A stretch of 22,621 nt of DNA from Candidatus Hadarchaeota archaeon (GTDB taxonomy: Archaea > CAYQAE01 > CAYVLA01). The notes beneath the pieces are model-generated. The model was not told the origin of the DNA, did no database searches, and worked only from the letters and a program-made list of their open reading frames with translations. Numbering within the stretch: position 1 is the stretch's first letter; each line of letters starts with the position of its first letter. Location: assembly GCA_964452145.1 (NCBI GenBank), contig CAYVLA010000047.1, positions 1-22,621 of the forward strand, written 5' to 3'. Below are positions 17,437 through 22,621 of this stretch, in pieces. Both the position numbers and the translations under genes were made by a program.

Positions 17437-18564
17437 TTGGGAGGTTGCCAGCTCCTTCACAGGTTCGCCAGGGACAGAAGGGCGTTCGAACTGGACTACA
17501 TGCTCTCCCTGTTCATCTTCATAGTATCCCTGGCCTTCACGTTCCTCGTCCTTTCCCAGTACCTGGAGCTCAAGCACGGCGAGGTCAACGCGGTCAACAA
17601 GAAGCTGACGTGCCTTGGAGTCCTGGACGACCTGACGGGCTCCCCGGGATGGATCGGGGGACGAAGCGACTGGGAGAGATGGTCCGCCTCGCTGGATCTG
17701 CGGGAGAAGGTCAACGACCAGAGCTTCTTCTTGGGCCTGCGGAAAAATGACAGGTTCTTCGGCTACCGGATCGTCATCCCCGGCGCAGCCGATGGGCTCA
17801 AACAGACCGCCTCGCAGCCCGTCATAGACAAGGTCGTAACCGAGCTGGGCAACCAACAGGTCGTCTGCATCGCCCTAGGCGATTCCTTCAGGGTGAGCTT
17901 TGAGGTGGAGACCTCGAAGAAGAACGCCTCGATCGCGGTAATCGGGTCAACGGACAACGCAACCACCCGCATCGGGTCCTTCTACGCCGGGTCTTGGCTG
18001 GATGTATGGATCACAGACACAAACGACGATGGCATGCTGCGGTACGACACCGTTGTCATCGGTGGAAACTCCTGGGCGGAGGGTTCGAAGTTCGACCTGG
18101 GCGGAAGGGAGTTCGAGGTCCTCCTGATCGACCAGGAGCGGGTCCTGCTGGAAGGCGAGGTGCCCGAGGGCTACGTCCTTCCATACTTGGACCACAATTC
18201 GTACCGTCTCGCGCAGGAGGCGCTCCGCGCGGCCGATGTGAAATACGACCTCTACGATCGCGTCATCAGCGGGGGGTCGTCGAGCGTGGAGTACACCGTG
18301 TTTTCAAAGGCCCAGGACAAGTTCCTGGGACAGATCACCGACCTGAGCTCCAAGAAGATCCAGGCGTTGAGGGACGACGTCGGCTACGAGATAGCCAAGG
18401 CCTCCCTCGGGGTCAGCCTCGACTTCCACGTCAGGATAACCCGGACCTCGGATGGGGCCATACTCCTGGACTACGGCCCGCCCGTTCCGGGGGAGACGGA
18501 GAGCTCCCAAAGGGATGTGCGGGTGGAAGGAGAGCCCTGCACGGTCGTCGTCAATGTGTGGTAG
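17437..18564 (+). CDS. Minor pilin-like protein with class III-like leader and a large internal insertion
   Basis: RDRRA|FELDYMLSLFIFIVSLAF; GSPGW..DWE..LGL; C-terminal LSSKKI..YEIAKASLG..DFHVRI..VVVNVW. Confidence 0.7.
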   Translation: MGGCQLLHRFARDRRAFELDYMLSLFIFIVSLAFTFLVLSQYLELKHGEVNAVNKKLTCLGVLDDLTGSPGWIGGRSDWERWSASLDLREKVNDQSFFLGLRKNDRFFGYRIVIPGAADGLKQTASQPVIDKVVTELGNQQVVCIALGDSFRVSFEVETSKKNASIAVIGSTDNATTRIGSFYAGSWLDVWITDTNDDGMLRYDTVVIGGNSWAEGSKFDLGGREFEVLLIDQERVLLEGEVPEGYVLPYLDHNSYRLAQEALRAADVKYDLYDRVISGGSSSVEYTVFSKAQDKFLGQITDLSSKKIQALRDDVGYEIAKASLGVSLDFHVRITRTSDGAILLDYGPPVPGETESSQRDVRVEGEPCTVVVNVW

Positions 18565-18573
18565 GTGGGCTGG

Positions 18574-20967
18574 ATGATCAGGACGTACGAAGCCGGGGTC
18601 GCGATCATGATCGTGCTGGTTGCTCTGGTGCAGTTCGTGATGCTGTCCGCCGGGCGGCTGGGCGAGCAGTGGGATAGCACCGAGCTGGACGTGGAGGTCA
18701 AGAAGGCCTTGGAGGTTTTCCAGACCCAGGATGTCTCGGGTGCCTCCAAGAAGTACTCCAAGATCAGGGACTCCGATCTGCTGCGGATGCCCCAGAGCGA
18801 GAGCGTGGGATACAGGCTCTTGATCAACGGCCAGCCGGTGGACAAGACGATCCCGCCGCCGGGAGCCGAGGTAGCGGCGGCCGATGCCAGAGCGTACTAC
18901 GATTCCAAAGATGCGCCCAGACTCGTCACGACCCTCAACATGAGGCTTCTGAGATCAAGCTATGTCCAGTTCGCCGGCAGGACGATGGACTACGACAGCG
19001 TGGACGAGCTGGCCGACCTGATCCTGGGCCTGATCTGGGACGCGGAGTCCGAGGACATCCTGAACTCCAGGGTGGGGACCCTGATGGCCAACCAGAACCC
19101 CGACGGTGGCTGGGGATTCGTCCGGGACGAGGAGAGCGATGCGCTCTGCACCAGCCTGGCCGTGAGGGCCCTGTCAGCATGGATCAAGCGGCACGGAGGC
19201 GTGCCCCTGTCAAATGCAACGGTGACCCGAGGCATCGCATGGCTCAAAGACAGGGTCCACGCGGACGGCGGATACGGGAGCAAGGAGAGAATCGAGTCCT
19301 CGATCGACATGACGTCCCTGGCGATCCTTGCCTTCCACGAGGCCGGCTTGGACAAGACCGATCCGTGGGTCACCGACGCGCTGGGTTTCCTGACCAGGAG
19401 CCAGGGGGCGGACGGCGGATTCCCCCTCAGCCGCCTGACGAGCGGCGACCTGTCATCGACGGCCCTGGCGATCGAGGCCCTGATGGCGCTGGGGGCCCCG
19501 CAGGCCCGCGTCGAGAAGGCATTGGCGTATCTGGGCGGCAGAATGGTGACCGACGGAGACTTCACCTTCGAGATGGTCGCGATGGGGGGCCTCGGCACCT
19601 ACGACCTGACTGTTTACTCCGGCTACATAGTGGACTGCTCGCCCAGGGGCCACGAGTTCTGGGGCGAGTACCTGGACGATTCGCGCGTAATGATAATGGA
19701 TGTGTACGGCACCCGCGACAACCTCACCGTCATCCTCAGGGTCGATCGCAGCAGGCTGGAGCCACCCGACAACAAGCAGAAAGTGGCCCTGGCGCTCAGC
19801 CACGACATGGCATCCGACACCTCTGACTACTGGATCCTGAACGCGGGAAACCCCCACACCTCGGGCCAGGGCAAGCAGATCGATAGCCCCCAGTTCAACC
19901 CCATCCAGCAGGGCCGGTACACCTACCTCACCGTCACGGGCCTCCAGATCCCGATGGAGTACGACTTCTTCAGCGACGCCAGCGGGGACTGGCTCATTGC
20001 CTTCGTGGGTGATGAGCCCCACCCGATTCAGGACAACCCGGGAAGGGGATACCTCATAGGCTACTGGCACCCGTGGATGAAGGCGTTCAGCTTCGACAAC
20101 ATCCTGGCCTGGAGGGCCTGGAGCCCCAGGGTCAATCGCGTCTGCCTCGACACCGACAAGGACTTCGAGTTCGATGACAGGCGGATCACCGTAGGGGACT
20201 CGATATGGGTGTTCGGCCGCGAGTGGGTGCTGGGCATGGAGCAGACCATGGATGAACTCAACCTCACATTCCTCTGCGAGGATATCAATCAGTCAAGGTC
20301 GTACTACCCGGTCAAGTACGACCTCTCGACCATACCCGCGTCCGCCTCGGGCCTGTACCACTTCGGGGTGATAAGCACCGAAAACAAGCCGTCCTTCAGC
20401 AGGAACTACAAGATCATCCTGCGCGACTCGGCCGTGAAGGGCGAGTACGACGAGGCCTACATATGGAACGGGTCCCACTGGAACCTGTTCAGGGAGGGTT
20501 CGATCTGGAACGAGAGCGGAACCCTCTGGGTCGTGGGAGTGGAGGTTGACTTCCTGGTTCTGACGCGGAGCGTGCCGAGCGTGGTCACCGGCCTCTCGGG
20601 CCGCAACTCCACCACGATGGGAATCGAGGGGGACTTCGTGGAGGCTCTCGTGACGCCCCGCGGGCCGAAGGAGGTCTGGCTGACCCTGTACTACGGATCC
20701 GAGGAGACGGACCGGGTGATCTTCAAGGATTCCGCAAGCAAGAGCCTGAGGCGGGTATTCGGCACCTGGCAGCGCCTCCGGGAGACGAGCAGGGTGTACA
20801 ACGCGCTGGCCATCGCGGAGGGGTGGCTGCAGGATCCCGACTCGGCCAGGGCGGCACACGATATGGCCGATCTCTGCCAGCAGGCCGTCAAGTTCAACAA
20901 GGTCTACAATTCGGTTATCGAGGACAGGCTGAGGATTGAGGCATGGTTCAGGTCGCAAGGAGGGTAG
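18574..20967 (+). CDS. Minor pilin-like membrane protein with prenyltransferase/squalene-oxidase-type helical repeats
   Basis: N-terminal MIRTYEAGVAIMIVLVALV TM. Repeats LMANQNPDGGWG, WLKDRVHADGGYG, FLTRSQGADGGFP, each followed by a TxLA helix. Sequons present. ATG 18574 lies 6 nt after AGGTG; GTG 18565 is an alternative start. Confidence 0.75.
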   Translation: MIRTYEAGVAIMIVLVALVQFVMLSAGRLGEQWDSTELDVEVKKALEVFQTQDVSGASKKYSKIRDSDLLRMPQSESVGYRLLINGQPVDKTIPPPGAEVAAADARAYYDSKDAPRLVTTLNMRLLRSSYVQFAGRTMDYDSVDELADLILGLIWDAESEDILNSRVGTLMANQNPDGGWGFVRDEESDALCTSLAVRALSAWIKRHGGVPLSNATVTRGIAWLKDRVHADGGYGSKERIESSIDMTSLAILAFHEAGLDKTDPWVTDALGFLTRSQGADGGFPLSRLTSGDLSSTALAIEALMALGAPQARVEKALAYLGGRMVTDGDFTFEMVAMGGLGTYDLTVYSGYIVDCSPRGHEFWGEYLDDSRVMIMDVYGTRDNLTVILRVDRSRLEPPDNKQKVALALSHDMASDTSDYWILNAGNPHTSGQGKQIDSPQFNPIQQGRYTYLTVTGLQIPMEYDFFSDASGDWLIAFVGDEPHPIQDNPGRGYLIGYWHPWMKAFSFDNILAWRAWSPRVNRVCLDTDKDFEFDDRRITVGDSIWVFGREWVLGMEQTMDELNLTFLCEDINQSRSYYPVKYDLSTIPASASGLYHFGVISTENKPSFSRNYKIILRDSAVKGEYDEAYIWNGSHWNLFREGSIWNESGTLWVVGVEVDFLVLTRSVPSVVTGLSGRNSTTMGIEGDFVEALVTPRGPKEVWLTLYYGSEETDRVIFKDSASKSLRRVFGTWQRLRETSRVYNALAIAEGWLQDPDSARAAHDMADLCQQAVKFNKVYNSVIEDRLRIEAWFRSQGG

Positions 20968-20972
20968 GGCGT

Positions 20973-22621
20973 ATGCATGGCTTGATGGATGATAGGAGAG
21001 GAGCGATCTACCTTTTCTCGGTAGTGCTCATCGCCGCGATGTTGGTGATACTGGTGGGATCCCTGGCGGCGATAGAGAAGACAACGTCGGGGAGCATACT
21101 GAACAGGGAGGAGGAGCTCTCCTACTTCCAGCTTGAATGCATCAAGGCCTTCGAGAACAAGATCGCCACGGTGATGGCTCTCGACCCGAGCGGCAGAGCC
21201 CTCGCGGCGGAGCTGGACGCCACGATCTCAAGGCTCAACGAGCAGGCCGCGGAGCGCGGAATGTGGCAGAACATATCCTATGAGCTGGACTTCCAGCCGA
21301 CCAGCCTGGATCTGAGTCCCTGCAGGGTCAGCTTCGACATCACGACGAAGTCCCAGGGCAAGACGGCCTACGACCGGAAGGAGTTCTACCTCAGCGATCT
21401 CTTCGTCAGCGGGGACGAGCTCTTCGTCTCGAACAGGAGGCTGCAGATAAGGTTCAGGGTCACTCCGGGAAGCGATGAGACCCGGGGATACATCCTGGGC
21501 GGATGCGTGTACATGGGCTCTGACGTCATACTGGCCGACTCGGGGCTCACCGACTATCTCAACATCAGTTCCTGGACGAACGCTACCTCGGTCTACCAGT
21601 ACACCGTGACCGAGGAGCCCGGGCTCACAACCATATGCATGAAGAACGAAACCGCCAAATTGACGCTGACCAAGTATCTCTATGTCAACCTGGATGAAGT
21701 CCAGTTCCAGGTCAACGTCGAGCCGAAGGTCAGCAGCGAGAAGGCCATGTGGTACGGGGTAGGGCTCAGCGCCAACGTAAACGGCCCGGTGGGTGACAGA
21801 TTCCGCATCGACGATCCCGCGGGCGGCCAGTTGAACCCGGACCTCTACTGGCAGAACGCTACGCTGTCAGGCTCGACCTTCAAGGTTGAGAGGACGAACT
21901 CCTGGATAGTGGTCTACGATGACGATCCCCAGCCCTATGCCCTTGCCCTCATCCTCGACGAGGCCGAATACATACGCTTCCAGTCAGCCGGATCGGATGA
22001 TTGCATCATCTCCACACCGGCCAGGAAGGGCAGATTCATCGTCAACGGGATCATCCGGTCGTACTGCTCGGTGCAGGAGGCAGTCGAGGATATGCGGGAG
22101 CTGAAGAAACTGGGCAAGCCACCCCTGGGCAGGACGAACTACCTTGAGCCGCTCATCCTCGCCCTCCGTGTCAAGGATCTGACCTTTGATCCCCCTGCCC
22201 CCAAGGCGGGACGCCGGGTGGGCTTGTACGCCTTCATAGAGAACTATGGGACCAAGGACGCCTACGACGTGGTGGTCCACTTCTACGATGGCAAACCGCT
22301 GGGCGATAGGAGCAATCTCCTCGGCGCCACCAATCTCTCGGTCCTCCTGAATGGGGACACCCAGGTCTGTTCGACCAGCTGGACCTTCAACAAGCCCGGG
22401 GTGCACGAGATCTACGCCGTCCTGGACCCAGACATGCTGTTGGCCGAGGATCCCACCGACAACGTCAAGCATGCGCCCCTGAAGATCTCGCCCCAGGATG
22501 ACCCCAACAACGACGTCGCGGTGGTCGCGGTCCACGTCTCCAGCCGGGCTCCTTCCCCGGGAGAGATGGTGACGACCATCGCCCTGGTGCACAACAACGG
22601 CAACAGGGACGAACAAAACGT
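20973..22621 (+). CDS. Large pilin-like protein with class III-like leader and CARDB domains, 3'-truncated (absent from the ORF track)
   Basis: Manual translation is open to the window end: MHGLMDDRRG|AIYLFSVVLIAAMLVILVGSL. CARDB from about 22160 (LRVKDLTFDPPAPKAG..IENYGTKDAYDVVVHFYDG..PGVHEIYAVLDP..EDPTDN), then a second begins (DVAVVAV..PSPGEMV..VHNNG). Confidence 0.85.
   Translation, partial: MHGLMDDRRGAIYLFSVVLIAAMLVILVGSLAAIEKTTSGSILNREEELSYFQLECIKAFENKIATVMALDPSGRALAAELDATISRLNEQAAERGMWQNISYELDFQPTSLDLSPCRVSFDITTKSQGKTAYDRKEFYLSDLFVSGDELFVSNRRLQIRFRVTPGSDETRGYILGGCVYMGSDVILADSGLTDYLNISSWTNATSVYQYTVTEEPGLTTICMKNETAKLTLTKYLYVNLDEVQFQVNVEPKVSSEKAMWYGVGLSANVNGPVGDRFRIDDPAGGQLNPDLYWQNATLSGSTFKVERTNSWIVVYDDDPQPYALALILDEAEYIRFQSAGSDDCIISTPARKGRFIVNGIIRSYCSVQEAVEDMRELKKLGKPPLGRTNYLEPLILALRVKDLTFDPPAPKAGRRVGLYAFIENYGTKDAYDVVVHFYDGKPLGDRSNLLGATNLSVLLNGDTQVCSTSWTFNKPGVHEIYAVLDPDMLLAEDPTDNVKHAPLKISPQDDPNNDVAVVAVHVSSRAPSPGEMVTTIALVHNNGNRDEQN

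Noticed and set aside
16867..17856. ORFs 16867-17382 (+) and 17218-17856 (-) across the intergenic region
   Set aside because: They overlap real genes, run through hairpin, T-tract or promoter sequence, and have atypical composition.
17437..20967. Amber read-through (pyrrolysine or recoding) fusing two in-frame ORFs separated by one TAG at 18562-18564
   Set aside because: The first ORF ends in a typical VxVW terminus, the second has its own RBS/ATG and N-terminal TM, and other genes here use TAG as a normal stop.
18574..20967. Squalene-hopene cyclase
   Set aside because: Only a partial repeat region, no evident DXDD catalytic motif in it, and a membrane-anchored extracellular context.

Overview
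High-GC archaeal-looking window. The evidence for an archaeal origin is BRE/TATA promoters, GGAGG/GGTGA ribosome-binding sites, frequent AGG/ATA codons and class III signal peptides. All credible genes are on the + strand. Order: a 5'-truncated GvpD/KaiC-like ATPase; MinD; a class I SAM methyltransferase; a 2022-aa surface protein of Ig-like/CARDB-type repeats with a C-terminal TM and a pseudomurein-binding-repeat-like tail; a small acidic coiled-coil protein; a type IV pilus/secretion ATPase (PilB/ArlI family); two TadC/ArlJ-like platform proteins; a signal-less invasin/intimin Big_1 plus TPR protein; an ArsR-type regulator; a separately promoted major pilin; and three large minor-pilin-like proteins. 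The last minor pilin starts at 20973, is missing from the ORF track and runs off the window. The minor pilins carry inserted cargo (prenyltransferase-like helical repeats, CARDB). This is an archaeal type IV pilus/adhesion locus with unusual accessory parts, a shared ACATG motif upstream of its TATA boxes and a long hairpin after the pilin gene. Family assignments are by motif recognition only; no searches were run.
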